Shown: piece after piece, positions 1-11,969 of the stretch
Position numbering within the stretch: the first letter of the stretch is position 1
Layout of the letters: every line of letters begins with the position of its first letter
NCBI GenBank assembly: GCA_963796965.1
Contig: CAWCNS010000007.1
Span: 672,001 to 736,000 of the forward strand
Source of the DNA: Calditrichia bacterium
Lineage (GTDB): Bacteria > Calditrichota > Calditrichia > JAJRVZ01
Length of the DNA stretch: 64,000 bases
Direction of reading: 5' to 3'
The notes under the pieces: generated by a model
What the model was told of the DNA's origin: nothing
The model's input: the letters and a program-made list of their open reading frames with translations, nothing else
The model's database searches: none
Made by a program: the position numbers and the translations under genes

Positions 1-961
1 TCTAAGCAACGGTTTCATGAAACAATGGCCTATGGCAATCCGGATCGGGTACCTTATTTTGAAGAAGGTATTCGGGATGATGTATTGCAAGAATGGTACA
101 AACAAGGCCTGGATCCGAATCTCAAATTATCTCAAGTGTTTCCAACCGATCATCTGGAAGAAATTGCCCCTGAAATGGATCCCAAGCCTGAATTCTGGCC
201 CGAAAATGGTACAGACTTAAAAACTTACCATAAAAGACTCAATACAGATGATCCGAAACGGTTTCCGGATAATTGGAATAAAACAATAAAAACCGCAACG
301 CAATCTGACCAGGTGACTGTTTTAAGAGTGCACCGTGGTTTTTTTCTAACTATGGGTGTATACAAATGGGAGCGTTTCGATAAGGTATTAACATTACTTT
401 ATGAAAATCCGGTATTTGTAACAGAATACATGGCCGTTCATGGCGACTTTGCCTTGGGGATGATACAAAAAGTACTGGATGAAGTAGATCTGGATGCTGC
501 AATTTTCAGTGAACCAATTGGAAATAATGAGGGCCCTCTCATTTCACCCCAGATGTATGAGTCATTTGTCCTCGAAAATTATCTGCCACTTACTAGATAC
601 ACTTAAGTCCAGGGGAATTAAGACAATCATATTCAGGACCTATGCAAATACCAGAATCTATCTTCCTTCTATTTTAAAATATGGTATTAATTGTTTATGG
701 GCGTGCGAAACAAATGCTGAGGCCATGGATTATAGAAACCTCAGGAAAGAATTTGGTCGTGATTTACGGTTAATTGGCGGTCTTGATTTGGATGTTTTAC
801 ATTATGGGAAAGATGCAATTCGCAGAGAACTTCTGGAAAAAGTACCACCTTTGATTGCTGATGGGGGTTATATCCCATTAGCAGATGGCCGGGTTCGAAA
901 AGATGTACCTTTCGAAAATTATCATTTTTACAGACAATTGCTTGAGGAAGTTACATCTTGA
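1..961 (+). CDS. Uroporphyrinogen decarboxylase (URO-D/MtaA-like) family protein, 5'-partial, one frameshift near 595
   Basis: Frame 1 is open from base 1 (SKQRFHETMAYGNPDRVP). It contains GPLISP-x-Y, and the C-terminal part GGLD...GGYIP..D..V..DVPFENY lies in the overlapping ORF 494..961. Confidence 0.8.
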
Positions 962-991
962 TATTTTTATATAATTATTATGTGAATTGGG

Positions 992-1029
992 CCTTAGTAG
1001 TGGTCGCTCGCGAGTGACCACTACTAGGG
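992..1029. terminator. GTAG-type palindromic hairpin between convergent genes (REP-like, bidirectional terminator candidate)
   Basis: TAGTAGTGGTCGCTC-GC-GAGTGACCACTACTA is a near-perfect inverted repeat between the stop codons at 961 (+) and 1043 (-). Confidence 0.6.
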
Positions 1030-1042
1030 ATACCAGTGACAC

Positions 1043-3545
1043 CTAATTTTTATTTACCAAATATTTTTTCCCCTTTTCGGTAGTAAAAACAATGCATTCA
1101 CTATTTGATCTATCGATAATATGAGGTATTATATTTGCCGTTGTTTTATCAGACACACCAACCTCTTGTCCCCTCCAGGGATTCATAATTTTACATTCCA
1201 CGGTGCGACGTGCTGTAATTTCAAGATAGGTAACACTACCATTTACTACATTCTGACGTAACTTCAAATCCTCCACGGGCTTGAAGTGCTTTAAAACCGA
1301 CAGTAGCACTATCTGGAATACCAGGAAATAAGTGAATGCGCCCACTTCGTGAATTTATCAGGTTCTCAACTTCTATGCCTTTTTTATCACCAAGCAACAC
1401 AAAGACATAATGATTTCGCCAGCCTTTTGTCATTCGGGCTGTATGCAACATCATTTCAATCTTTTGCGGATCTGAATCCAAATTAATCTCATCGGCAAGA
1501 ATGGTTGGTGTAACCCCGGCAAACCAATTGTATTCAACACCAAGCGGATTTACATCACGCACATCTGTAAAGATCGATCCCTCAGGTGTATCATAGGTGG
1601 GCAAAGGCGCCAGATTATCAGCAACAGCCTGCCACCCAGGAATCAATTTCTCATCTTGTTTTAATAAAGTTGCCGCTTCAATGGTTCTGTTAAGCAGCCA
1701 TCGAAACATAGACAAGGCTGATGCACTGTCACTGTTTCTTGCAAAACGAGGTGTCCAGTTCCAATGCTCTGCAGAAACAGTTGGAATAATGTGATAATAA
1801 CCATCTGAACCTTTTTCCACATAATGTGAATAGAAAATTGCCGTTTCACGCATGGCCGGATACACGACCTCAGCCAAAAATTTTTCATCCGCCCCGTAAT
1901 CAAATCGATCCCACAACGGTTTTAGTACCTGTGCATTGATCTCCATACAGAATTCCCATGTAGAATGCGTATGGGCATATTCATCTGCTTTGATCGGTGG
2001 CAAATAACCATGTTGCAAAATAGCCCCTGGCAGGTTAAAGACTTCCCGGGCGTTTTTTTTACAAGCCTTAAGCCAGAACGGAACTAGATTATTCAGCATA
2101 ACAATTTTGTCAGCCCTGTTTGCCGCATGTAAATGGGTGTAATAAACTTCATTGTAACAGGGTAATCCATGCCAGGGTGCCCAATCCTGCTCCAGATACC
2201 CATAGACGGCATCAGCTTGAAATTTTGCCGGGTTAGGAAGACAATATTCGCTATACGGGCAAGTCCATGAGGAAAATATTTCTGGCAATTTCTTCCTGGT
2301 AGAATCTACACTTCCCTGGAATATCCGCCCTTTCTCCCGTTTATTATAAAAATTTCTGAACCAATCTGAATTTTCCTGAACAAGACTATTATATCCTTCG
2401 GAAGATGCTTTTTTTAACTTTTTTATCGCTTCAGGTAGTGGATTCTTATATTCGGCGCTTGTTACAATTGTAAAAAATGCTTCAAAATCCTGCTCATCGC
2501 TCTGTTCCAGAATAGCCGTTGCCGCTGAACCTAGTGCCTCACGAAGTTTTTTATAGGATGGAAAAAGATGACGCCAACGATAACCTTCATCAAACTGCTT
2601 TTGTTTTTCCGGGGTTAGAAAAGGCGGTGTACCGAGATATTTTACTCCATTAATAGTCTCAAGATGATATTTAGCACCCCGGATACAACCGACCAGAACA
2701 TACTCAAACCCCTCGGGAAGTGTTTTTTCAGCAGGAAGTTTTTGCCGAATCCAGAAATAATCACCTTCGACACCACTTTCCGGTGGCAGGGGCGGCGCAA
2801 CGGCCCCATCTTTTTTAAAATCATAATCTTTAAGGGCCTTGGCTTCTGGGCCACCGTACGCGCTTATCGACTTGCCATATTCACCTGTATCCTGATGGCG
2901 ATACAATCTCAGCATTATCGATTTTTTGAGGTTTTCCCCCCTTCCCTTAACCGCTATAATATTTCGGGTCATCATCGCTAAATAGTCAAGATTTATCTTT
3001 GATGCCTCGTTCTGAATCGTCAAACCTACCGATCCATCATCTAACTGTCTGGTAGCAGTTGGTTCCCCCATGCCAGAGAAATCAGGGATCATAAGTATTA
3101 TTTGCCCGACAGGTTTAGGACATGGGAAATCGTAGGCATTCCAACTACGGTAATGGTTCCAGCGGTCCTTATCAGGAAATGAATCCTTTTCATATCGTCG
3201 CTTTATTTCAGCCAGTGTGCGGGGTTCTTCGAAAATTTTTCTCCGATCCCAAACATCCGTTTTATTCACACTTATAGTTAGCTGTTCCGGTGGACCCCAA
3301 AGTGACATCTTTAGTTCTTTGGTGCTTACATTTAGAGCAGTACCACCATTCCACATCCCCTCCGGTTGTGGATCAGCTTTAGGAATTTGATGCGTAACAG
3401 TTGTTGTTTGAGCAATTTCCCATAATGTGGGTTCTTTGTCCCACAAATGTTGAGCAGATTGATCTTTTTGGTTGCAAGAGGTTAGAATTAAAGAAATGAG
3501 ATAAGCAAAAAATATTATGATAAGCTTATAGAGTGTATTCATCAC
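1043..3545 (-). CDS. GH95-like glycoside hydrolase lipoprotein, frameshift near 1240
   Basis: Lipobox LTSC, KTDVWDRR, AYDFPCPKPVG, YHIIPTVSAEH and IHLFPGIP...F..LQARGGFEV are present. The tail (NGSVTYLEITARR...CKIMNPW) is in ORF 1043..1345. Confidence 0.7.
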
Positions 3546-3584
3546 AATTTCCTTATTTTATGCTCGGAGAGTAAATAAGGGGCG

Positions 3585-3656
3585 CATCATTCAGAAGGAA
3601 TCTTCCTACCGGGAGGTCTTGAATTTGCATGGAGGAAGATCTCTTCGAGATGACAT
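3585..3656. repeat. Intergenic inverted repeat (GAAGGAATCTTCC ... GGAAGATCTCTTCGAGATGACA)
   Basis: Imperfect inverted arms are visible in the spacer. Confidence 0.4.
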
Positions 3657-3734
3657 AATATTGAGATAGCTATTTCCTGTAATATTAAGGATACTGAAGT
3701 TTCACTTCATCTTTAGTCTTCAAGGAAGCCAGAT

Positions 3735-4579
3735 TTATATTCCAAACTTCTTTTGCTGCTCACGAATAAATTCCACACCATCCCGAAGCAGCACATCACC
3801 ACTTGGGGCGAGTTGTCGCCACACCCAGGTGCTCATATTGTCCGTACAATCGACAAAACTTTCCAATGCTGCATATCCCTGATAATTAATTTCGGCAAGG
3901 GCTTTGAATATACCATCCCAATCGACCAGACCCGTACCAGGTATCCCCCGGTCGTTTTCACAAAGATGATAATGATTCAATCGGTCACCAGCCAACTTGG
4001 TTGCTTCATAAAAACTCTTCTCTTCGATATTCATATGATAGGTATCAAGATGGACCATCACGTTATCTTCGCCAATCATATCAATAAGGTGCATCGCCTG
4101 TTCGGCTGTGTTTATCAGGCATGTTTCGTATCTATTTACGGGCTCAAGGCCAATTTTCACATTCAAGCCTTTTGCAAATTGGGCAACATTTCTTAATCCA
4201 TCAGCAGAGTATTGCCAGAGGTCCTTTCCGGGCATTGTGGGAAGAGATTTAACATGCTGAGAATAAATCACACCTGAGAAACTCCTGGCTCCGATATCGC
4301 TGCTGGCCTGCACGCAATCTTTAAGATATTTAATACCGTTGGCTCTTATTTGCGAATCCTCACTTGTAATATCCGTACCGTCCAACAGAACGGTTGAAGT
4401 AACAGCTTCTAATCCAACTGAATCAAGACGATTTTTTATGGCTCCTGCATCAAAAGTCTCCAGAACCATCAGGGGGATCTCAATAAAATCGAGCCCTAGC
4501 TTTTTACCCGGTCGATCAAATCAAGTTCATCATTTGTCCATTGCGAACACCAGGCATATGCGTGAATACCTAATTTCAT
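3735..4579 (-). CDS. Sugar phosphate isomerase/epimerase (D-psicose/D-tagatose 3-epimerase-like), frameshift in A-run near 4503
   Basis: It has EPVNRYE, HLDTYHMNIEE and HLCENDRGIPGTG. The N-terminus MKLGIHAYAW...DRVK from ATG 4579 rejoins LGLDFIEIP if one A is added to the homopolymer. Confidence 0.85.
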
Positions 4580-4638
4580 CTTTTTCTCCTATTCTGAAAT
4601 ATATTTCAATTTTTAATCCTTTACTATGCTTTATGATT

Positions 4639-4685
4639 TAGCAAAATCTATTCCTCCCTTTTTTAAGGGGGAATAGATTTTGCTT
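4639..4685. repeat. CCCCCTT/AAGGGGG-type palindromic repeat (family B)
   Basis: Hairpin AGCAAAATCTATTCC(T)CCCTT-TTT-AAGGGGGAATAGATTTTGCT. Its 3' arm recurs near 45070-45092. Confidence 0.6.
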
Positions 4686-4704
4686 ATACAATAATAAAAG
4701 GGTT

Positions 4705-6865
4705 TTATTGGACCTCTTTAATCATTCTCTCTAACTCATCAATCTCATCAAACACCCGGTTTTGTAACCAATCCCAGGCCCCAACCATGGTGAGATATAA
4801 GTAACCCTCAACATAATTGGTTGGAAAAGTCATGCCTTCCATCTCAAAATAATCTGAAATATTAGGTTTCTCCAGAGCAAGTGTGATGATTCGTTTGTCA
4901 GCCTCGAGGACCATTTTTAATTTATTTCGCATCCTGCCGCTTTCACCTTTGTGCTGATGGGCGAAAGCTTCCCCCAACATCTGTCGGGATGTAAAAAATT
5001 CTGCGAAGATTTCTGTCTGAATCAAAATATCATCAAAGGCAACAAGCGCGCGGGGATTTACTTTATCCCGAGCATGCTCGAGAATGAATAAGGCCTGTGT
5101 TAACATTTGCGCATGTTTTTCGATACGTTTAATATTTTGTAGTAATTCCTCCGGTTTTGCACTTCTAACACTATCAAGACCGTGCATCCAGGTGATATGC
5201 AAATAATCTTTATAAATAGCGATCCCATCAAAGTCCACACAATATTCTTCCCAGGCCTGTTGCGTTAATTCGAGTGATTTATAAATATCTTCCTGGGCAT
5301 CTCCATAGGTCACCCTGAGATAATTCCCAATAAAATCATCAATATTAACATTTAACGGTGCCCAATTTAATTTTGCTGCTGCTAAATAATTGGTCTCCGT
5401 AATCCAACCTGTATCCTCTTCGCCCATGGCAACACTAAATCCGCTCAAATTGGGCACTTTCTCTTTATTTTTTACATATTTCATCACCCCATCACGATAG
5501 GGGCGGTACTGAATTGATCCAAAAGGCTGCACCTCTTCGCCTGGCAAGGCCGCACTGATAAGAAATGGATGGCCAGTTTTCTTGATACTCTCAAAGGGAA
5601 TATTGGGGTCTGCTGTGGGTTCCCAATCTCTGCCCCACTTGGCTTGAAGAATTACCTGTTTTGGAAGCCGATCCCAATATTCTTGTGTTCCATGCATAAA
5701 CAAACGCCCACTAAGCAGGATCTCTATATCTGGCCGTTCATCCAAAAGCTGCTTCGATAATTTCAATGGTTAGTTTCCTTTGAAGCTCTCCCTGCCGTCC
5801 ATTACAGTTATCACATTGACAGGGGAAAGACTCTCCCCACCAGCGGATGTGAACTCCTCCCAGGGATGGATAGGTACGCAGGATTGCCCTGATCTGTGCC
5901 GTAAATACATTTTTCAATCTATCATCAGCATGACAAAAAGAGATGGCCCCGGTGTGGTGTCTATCTTCACTATCTAACTCACCAATAAGATCGGGTCGGT
6001 TTTTTTGAATTGTTGGCGTAGCAGAACCGGTTAAATAATTCATTAAAAAGGGCTTAATCCCTCGGCTTTTAGCATATTTGAACATTTCTTCCCTGACCTG
6101 CGCAGCCTGTAAGATCTCTTTCTCTGGATATTTGCTCATTCCTTTCGTAGCGTCATCAAGTGCTAAATCCCACCAATTCGTACCTGCACTGTACGGCCAG
6201 TTAGAGACCCTGTTAATACGGTGACGGGATCCCCAATCGCACCACTTCTTCCATGTATCGATTGCATCGGTAAATCCCCCGTCAACACCGCTGTAAAAGT
6301 TATACTTTTCAAGGATGAGCTCAGAATCGATTAGATCAGAAACCCCCATGGCATAGTTGTTTAGGAGAAACAGACGAATGGGATAAAAAGGTGTACTTTC
6401 AAATTTATCTTCCGGTAGGTTTTGCAGAAATTCACGCGAATGCCCTGCATACACAGGAAAATCGATATCAGCATGATAGGGATCCTGAATTCCGCTGGTT
6501 GTTTTTGCAATCACCCACTCAATCAGACTGATGCCGCCATAGAGCAATCCTCTCTCAGTGGCTGATCTGATCATAACGCCCGATGGACCTATCGTTACCC
6601 TATATCCTTCTTCTCCCAGGGAGCCATCCAACTTAGACTCAAGGATGAGTTTAATTGTTATGTCTCCGGGAAAATTAGCACCGGCTAATTTCATCATTTT
6701 GGTTTGAACAAGATTAACCGTATAGCTAGTCAGAGGCGAAGACGGATGATCATACTGAACTTTAATACTTGCCTGGGCTTCTGCAATTACGATAACAGAG
6801 AAGACTATACTTACGTATACAATACTCCTAAAAGGAAACCGATATATCCAATTGATTGCTTTCAT
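4705..6865 (-). CDS. Secreted glycoside-hydrolase-like protein (GH20/GH67-type N-terminal domain plus TIM barrel), frameshift near 5745
   Basis: A signal peptide is followed by LGEEGYRV...I.SATERGLLYG and PFYPIR. The overlapping ORFs 5738..6865 and 4705..5766 form one gene. Confidence 0.55.
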
Positions 6866-6924
6866 AAAATCCTCACTTCATATCAAAAAAATAAATAAAT
6901 TAATATTGGGACATGTTTTTTATA

Positions 6925-7059
6925 TCACGAAGATTCACAAAGAAGACACGAAGTGTTACGAAGATATCTTCTTTACAATGTTTTTCTATTTATAATCGAA
7001 AAATATTATACATAGATTTTTTTAGTATAATTTTAAAAACTTCTTGGAACTTCGTGATT
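6925..7059. repeat. Family A intergenic repeat pair (CAC-RAAG iterations and inverted CTTYGTG partner)
   Basis: TCACGAAGATTCACAAAGAAGACACGAAG...ACGAAG is followed by CTTCTTGGAACTTCGTGA. Confidence 0.6.
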
Positions 7060-7062
7060 ACT

Positions 7063-7998
7063 TTATTTGGTATGGTCGGAGATCCCCAATGCCTGTTTGG
7101 GATTATCATAGAGCATCATTTTAATATTTTCGTCAGAGATATTTAGGCGTTCCTGCAAAATTTTTCTACTTTTTTGCATTGTAATCAGCTGAACCCGCAA
7201 AGTTCAGATCACCGGCCCTTCTAACGACCCCCTCACTTCCCACTTCTATTTCAAGTTCACCTATGGTATACTTACCCGGTGCCGCTGAGGCAGCTGCGAT
7301 GGCATCTGTCACAATAATGCTCTTTTCATACCCAACCAGATCTAAATAATTCCTCAAAGTAAAGTCCGGAATGTGCCAACCATCGGCAATAAATGTTTTC
7401 CAAATTCTATCTTTTAACGACAGGACCCTTTGGATGATATTATCATGCCGGTCCATATTAACAGGACAGCCATTACCCAAATGTGTATACATAGACAGAC
7501 CGTTATCTAATGCCGCATTCAAGACATCCAAACTGGCATTGGTGTGACCAGCAGAGACCACGATTCCATCGTTTGCCAACATTTTCGTTACCTGAAATCC
7601 ATCATCTCTCTCAGGTGCCAGGGTAACGATCTGCGTTAGACCGCCAGCCGCATCCAGTAATTTTTTCATCCAGTCACTATCACAATTAAGTATCCATTTA
7701 GGGTTATGAGCTCCGCGATATCCTTCCTCATTGCTTAAAAATGGACCTTCGATATGAATACCGTAGATAATTTCACTAATGAGCATATTCTCTTCACGTA
7801 ATTGTACGACGCGATTTAATCGTTTAATCATCTGGTTAATATCAGCCGTTATAATTGTGGCCAGCACCCCTTCTACCCCGTCCTCCTTTAACTTTTTACA
7901 GGCAAAGTATAGACCGGATTCACTTAAGTCATCCCGATTAAAATCCACACCAGCGTATCCATTCAATTGTAAATCAAAATATCTATATTAACATTCAT
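7063..7998 (-). CDS. nagA: N-acetylglucosamine-6-phosphate deacetylase-like amidohydrolase, frameshifts near both ends
   Basis: Motifs DLQ.NG..GVDF, GIHIEGPF, GAH, TLAPE, AGHT, THLGN, IADGWH, VTDA and AGS. Confidence 0.8.
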
Positions 7999-8018
7999 TC
8001 TACCTTAAAGTTTTACGT

Positions 8019-9698
8019 TTATAGTTGAACCACAATCCAGGCAATGAGCATGAGCAAACCCACAAAGCCACAGGCATAAATAAATCCACGCCAATCTTCT
8101 CGATATCTAAAAGAAAAGTTTTGCCAACGTTCTTTTGTAAACCAGCCTGGGAGATCTAACAGGACGAGTTCCTGACCAAATTCGCCAGCCAATGGTTTTT
8201 TACCGTCTTTTTCTGATATTTCTGCATCGGAGAGCCTTTGCATTTTATCAAAATATTCTTCAACCCTGTCACTTGATTCTGGTTTTGTGAGCAAACTTAC
8301 CAAAACAAAAACAGCAAACCCTGCTAACATGGCCCAACCAAAAATATCGGGTTTCCATTTATAAACGATTTCCCAGGTCCCTATATCAAGAAAATTAAGG
8401 TAGTAATACAGCCCAAATGAAACAATTATGCTAGTGAGTGCCCCATAGCGATTGGCCCGTTTCCACAAATTCCCACCAAAAACCATAATACCCATAAATG
8501 CAGCAATCGTTTCGATAAATAAAAAAGCGTGTAAGACATTATCAATATAGAGCGCAAACAAGACTCCCAGACCTGTAAGTCCTACGCCCGAATATCTGCC
8601 CATCCAAAGCGTTTGTTTGTCCGTGGCCTCCGGTTTTATATATTCTTTGTAAAAGTTTTGTGTAAATAAAGCACCCGTATTGACCATAAAATTCGAAGCC
8701 GATGACATGTTGGCAGCCAGAACAGAAGCAACCATCAATCCGGTTAATCCAGGCAACAACAATTCACGGCTTGCATAGCCAAAAGCCAATTCCGGATCCG
8801 CCAGGGTTTGGCCACTTTGAATAATCAGAGCCGCTACGATCAAACCAGTGAGCGCCCATCCAATGGTTACAAACCGTTTAACCAGAGAACCATAAGTTTG
8901 CCCAATTCGTCCGGCTCGCTCTGTCTCTCCGGTCGCACACATAGAAACCATGTGTGGCTGTGCAGTGATACCAATGACACCATTTATAGCGAGCATAAAG
9001 ATGGTAAATCCTCCAATCCCCAACTCACTGCTAAACAGAGTAAAAAAATTATCCGGTAAAGATTCCCGCATTCCAGAAAAACCACCAACAGCGCTTAATC
9101 CCGATGGGATAAGCATGAACGAAAGGACAATGATCATGATAGCCTGAATAAAATTGGCATAAGCAGAAGCGACCATCCCACCAAAGAAGCTGTACAAAAT
9201 AAAGGCTGCCGTCATGGCAATAACCACGCCATCGACAGAGATCATATCACCGGTAGCGATAGCAATCACTTTAGCACCCCCTTTTATCATCGTCCCCTGA
9301 GCAAACACAAAAAACAGGATGGCAAAGATTGAATAAAAAGCACCCATTCCTCTACCGTAGCGATCTTCGACTATTTCTCCAACCGTTGTTCGTTCACTGC
9401 GCCGGTACCATGGCGCAATGAGCCAATAGAAGGGTGTAATCAACATATTCTTCCATTGATACCAAATGGCAGCAAACCCAAGATGATAACTGGCGCCCGT
9501 CTGGGCAACAAAGTTCTCGGCATGGGTCCCGGTACCAAAAGCCTGCCCCATCATAATCCACCAGCCGAACTTCCGCTCTCCCCGGAAATAGCCATCACTA
9601 CTTTTTATTTTGCGGGTTAACCATAGACCATATCCGGTAATCAATACAAAATATAGAACAATTACAATTGTGTCTAACCAATGGATTCCTTCACTCAT
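8019..9698 (-). CDS. Sodium:solute symporter (SSS) family transporter
   Basis: About 13-14 hydrophobic segments with YF.G.R, Y...GGM.A...N.IQ and LAA.MSS. An AGGAG Shine-Dalgarno before ATG 9698 is preferred over the upstream start. Confidence 0.9.
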   Translation of the reverse strand: MSEGIHWLDTIVIVLYFVLITGYGLWLTRKIKSSDGYFRGERKFGWWIMMGQAFGTGTHAENFVAQTGASYHLGFAAIWYQWKNMLITPFYWLIAPWYRRSERTTVGEIVEDRYGRGMGAFYSIFAILFFVFAQGTMIKGGAKVIAIATGDMISVDGVVIAMTAAFILYSFFGGMVASAYANFIQAIMIIVLSFMLIPSGLSAVGGFSGMRESLPDNFFTLFSSELGIGGFTIFMLAINGVIGITAQPHMVSMCATGETERAGRIGQTYGSLVKRFVTIGWALTGLIVAALIIQSGQTLADPELAFGYASRELLLPGLTGLMVASVLAANMSSASNFMVNTGALFTQNFYKEYIKPEATDKQTLWMGRYSGVGLTGLGVLFALYIDNVLHAFLFIETIAAFMGIMVFGGNLWKRANRYGALTSIIVSFGLYYYLNFLDIGTWEIVYKWKPDIFGWAMLAGFAVFVLVSLLTKPESSDRVEEYFDKMQRLSDAEISEKDGKKPLAGEFGQELVLLDLPGWFTKERWQNFSFRYREDWRGFIYACGFVGLLMLIAWIVVQL

Positions 9699-9773
9699 TA
9701 TTGCTCCTGCTTTTTCTAATGTAGTGTCAATCCCGGGTATTCGGGACCATTGAATATTGTTTATCTGATTTTT

Positions 9774-10052
9774 AACCACAAAGAGCACCAAGAAGGCACA
9801 AAGTACACCAAGATAAATATCTTAATAAGAACTTTGTGATCTTCGTGCCTATGAAATCTTGTCCCAAAGGGATTCCTTCGGAAGAGGATTTCATCCCGAT
9901 ATGTCTATGTGATGAAAACAAATCGGGGCTTAGTGAACTTTTGCCTTAGGCATCCCTATGGGAGTGGTAAATCTTTTATCTTTTTTCAAATCTGAAGAGA
10001 TCCCGTAAAACGGGGCAGGCCCTGAGGGCCTATTTGGATCTCTGCGTTTAAA
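9774..10052. repeat. Family A repeat cluster interrupted by several 21-35 nt hairpin mini-insertions
   Basis: AACCACAAAGAGCACCAAGAAGGCACAAAG and inverted CTTTGTG..CTTCGTG..CTTAGTGAACTTT[22 nt]GTGGT. Inserts lie at 9862-9883, 9894-9928, 9942-9963 and 10000-10020. Confidence 0.65.
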
Positions 10053-10062
10053 AATAGTCCTA

Positions 10063-11442
10063 CTATTTAATCTCAGCAATTTTTTTATCACATAACTCAC
10101 GTAGAATCTTTAGTTGCTTCAAGTACTTCACATCAAAAGCTAAATTTGAAGATTCGAGAGGGTCATCTCTCAAGTTGTATAACTCTTCATATTCAGGATG
10201 CTGCTGATAGCGAATGTATTTCCACTCCTTCGTCCGCACAGATTCTGTCTGCGGAATATCACCTCGATCCCACAAATGTTCGGTAAGAATTTCTGTTCTC
10301 CAATCGATGACATCATTATCTATTAAAGGTCGAACTGATCTGCCCTGATAGGATTGGGGTATATCGATGCCAGCCAAATCTAAAATCGTTGGTGCCAAAT
10401 CTATATTGAGTACAAATTCGTTTATTGTCTTTGCATTTTTCTGATTCCTTGGATCATAAAGAATGAACGGTACCCTGATACTTGTATCATGCATGGTCCA
10501 TTTTCCAGCAAAACCTCTTTCGCCAAGGAAATAGCCATTATCTCCCATAAGAATAATAATCGTATTTTGATCCAAATTGTTTTTTTCCAATGCTTTCATC
10601 AATTTCCCCAAGGCCAAATCGATACCAGTAATCATACGATAATAGCCCTTTACCATCTTTTGATATTTTTCCGGAGTGTCAAATCGCCAATACCAGCGAA
10701 TTCGATTTAAGGACTTTTTAACAAATTCCGGTAACGATTGAAAAAAGTTCGGGGAAGAGAGGTCCGCTTGAGGGATTGTCATGTTTTTATACAATTCATC
10801 ACAGGACTCTGGCCAAAAATATTGTTGTTCTTCACTATCATGGGCATGCGGTGCATGTGTGGAGATTGAAAGGCAAAAGGGTTGTTCCCGATTATTACCT
10901 TGGATGAAATCAATCGCATGATCAAAATTGACATCCGTTAGATGACGTATTTTTCCATCATCCTCTTTGAAATAGGGCTGTTCTGTATGATGAGAAACGT
11001 CAAACCAATTGTCTTGAGTGGCGACTGAAACCTTTACACCAAACTTACCGACAAATCCGGTGCGATACCCGGCCTTCTTCAAGAGTTCCGGATAGCTTAC
11101 GTTAGCATATGATTCTTTAATTGGAGGTTGCCCAAAGGTGTATCCATGTTTACGTTCGTATAAACCTGTAAATAGACTGGCCCGACTGGCCGCACAGATG
11201 GGTGTTGTGACAAAAGCATTCGTAAAGCGGGTACCCTTCCTAGCCAATAAATCCATATTGGGCGTTTGAATAATAGAATTGCCGGCACAACGCAATGCAT
11301 CCCAACGCTGATCATCCGTTAAAAGGAAAATGATATTAGGGCGTTCATGTTTCCCGTGATTCGTCCATACTAAGCAAATACCAATTGGCAGGACTAGTAA
11401 TACCAGGAAAAGTATGATCTTTCGTTTTAATGATTTTCGCAT
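10063..11442 (-). CDS. Formylglycine-dependent sulfatase (S1)
   Basis: Motifs PNIIFLLTDDQ, CAASRASLFTG (CxxxR), GDNG and GKW. Confidence 0.92.
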   Translation of the reverse strand: MRKSLKRKIILFLVLLVLPIGICLVWTNHGKHERPNIIFLLTDDQRWDALRCAGNSIIQTPNMDLLARKGTRFTNAFVTTPICAASRASLFTGLYERKHGYTFGQPPIKESYANVSYPELLKKAGYRTGFVGKFGVKVSVATQDNWFDVSHHTEQPYFKEDDGKIRHLTDVNFDHAIDFIQGNNREQPFCLSISTHAPHAHDSEEQQYFWPESCDELYKNMTIPQADLSSPNFFQSLPEFVKKSLNRIRWYWRFDTPEKYQKMVKGYYRMITGIDLALGKLMKALEKNNLDQNTIIILMGDNGYFLGERGFAGKWTMHDTSIRVPFILYDPRNQKNAKTINEFVLNIDLAPTILDLAGIDIPQSYQGRSVRPLIDNDVIDWRTEILTEHLWDRGDIPQTESVRTKEWKYIRYQQHPEYEELYNLRDDPLESSNLAFDVKYLKQLKILRELCDKKIAEIK

Positions 11443-11469
11443 AAGTCTAATCTTTTAAACTAATGTTTG

Positions 11470-11920
11470 TAACGACGCGATTAATCGCGTCGCACCACAC
11501 ACCCGCATTCTTGTCTTTTTATTATCATTGAGAATATTTGTAAAGTATCTGCCATTGTACATTCTCAGGTATAATTTTAGGACAAAATTTATTTTTCAAA
11601 CTAATCGTTTCCATTCGAGAAGAAACTTACTCTCATTCTCATTTCATTCTGATACGACGCGATTAATCGCGTCGCTACACATACCCACAATCTTAAATTT
11701 TCATTACCACTGAGGATATTTGTAAAGTCTCTGACATTGTACATTCTCAGGTATAATTTTAGGACAAAATTTATTTTTCAAACTAATCGTTTCCATTCGA
11801 GAAGAAACTTACTCTCATTCTCATTTCATTCTGATACGACGCGATTAATCGCGTCGCTACACATACCCACAATCTTAAATTTTCATTACCACTGAGGATA
11901 TTTGTAAAGTCTCTTACATT
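11470..11920. repeat. 182-bp tandem repeat (about 2.5 units), each with the perfect palindrome CGACGCGATTAATCGCGTCG (GTAG-REP/BIME-like)
   Basis: The palindrome starts at 11473, 11655 and 11837 (period 182). On the minus strand copies 2 and 3 read GTAGCGACGCGATTAATCGCGTCG. Confidence 0.85.
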
Positions 11921-11969
11921 ATAAAATTCTTAATTATATCTTTAATTTCCGCAGTTAATTATAAAATAT

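Noticed and set aside
11470..11920. CRISPR array
   Set aside because: The spacers are about 160 nt and near-identical rather than unique, and no cas genes are present.
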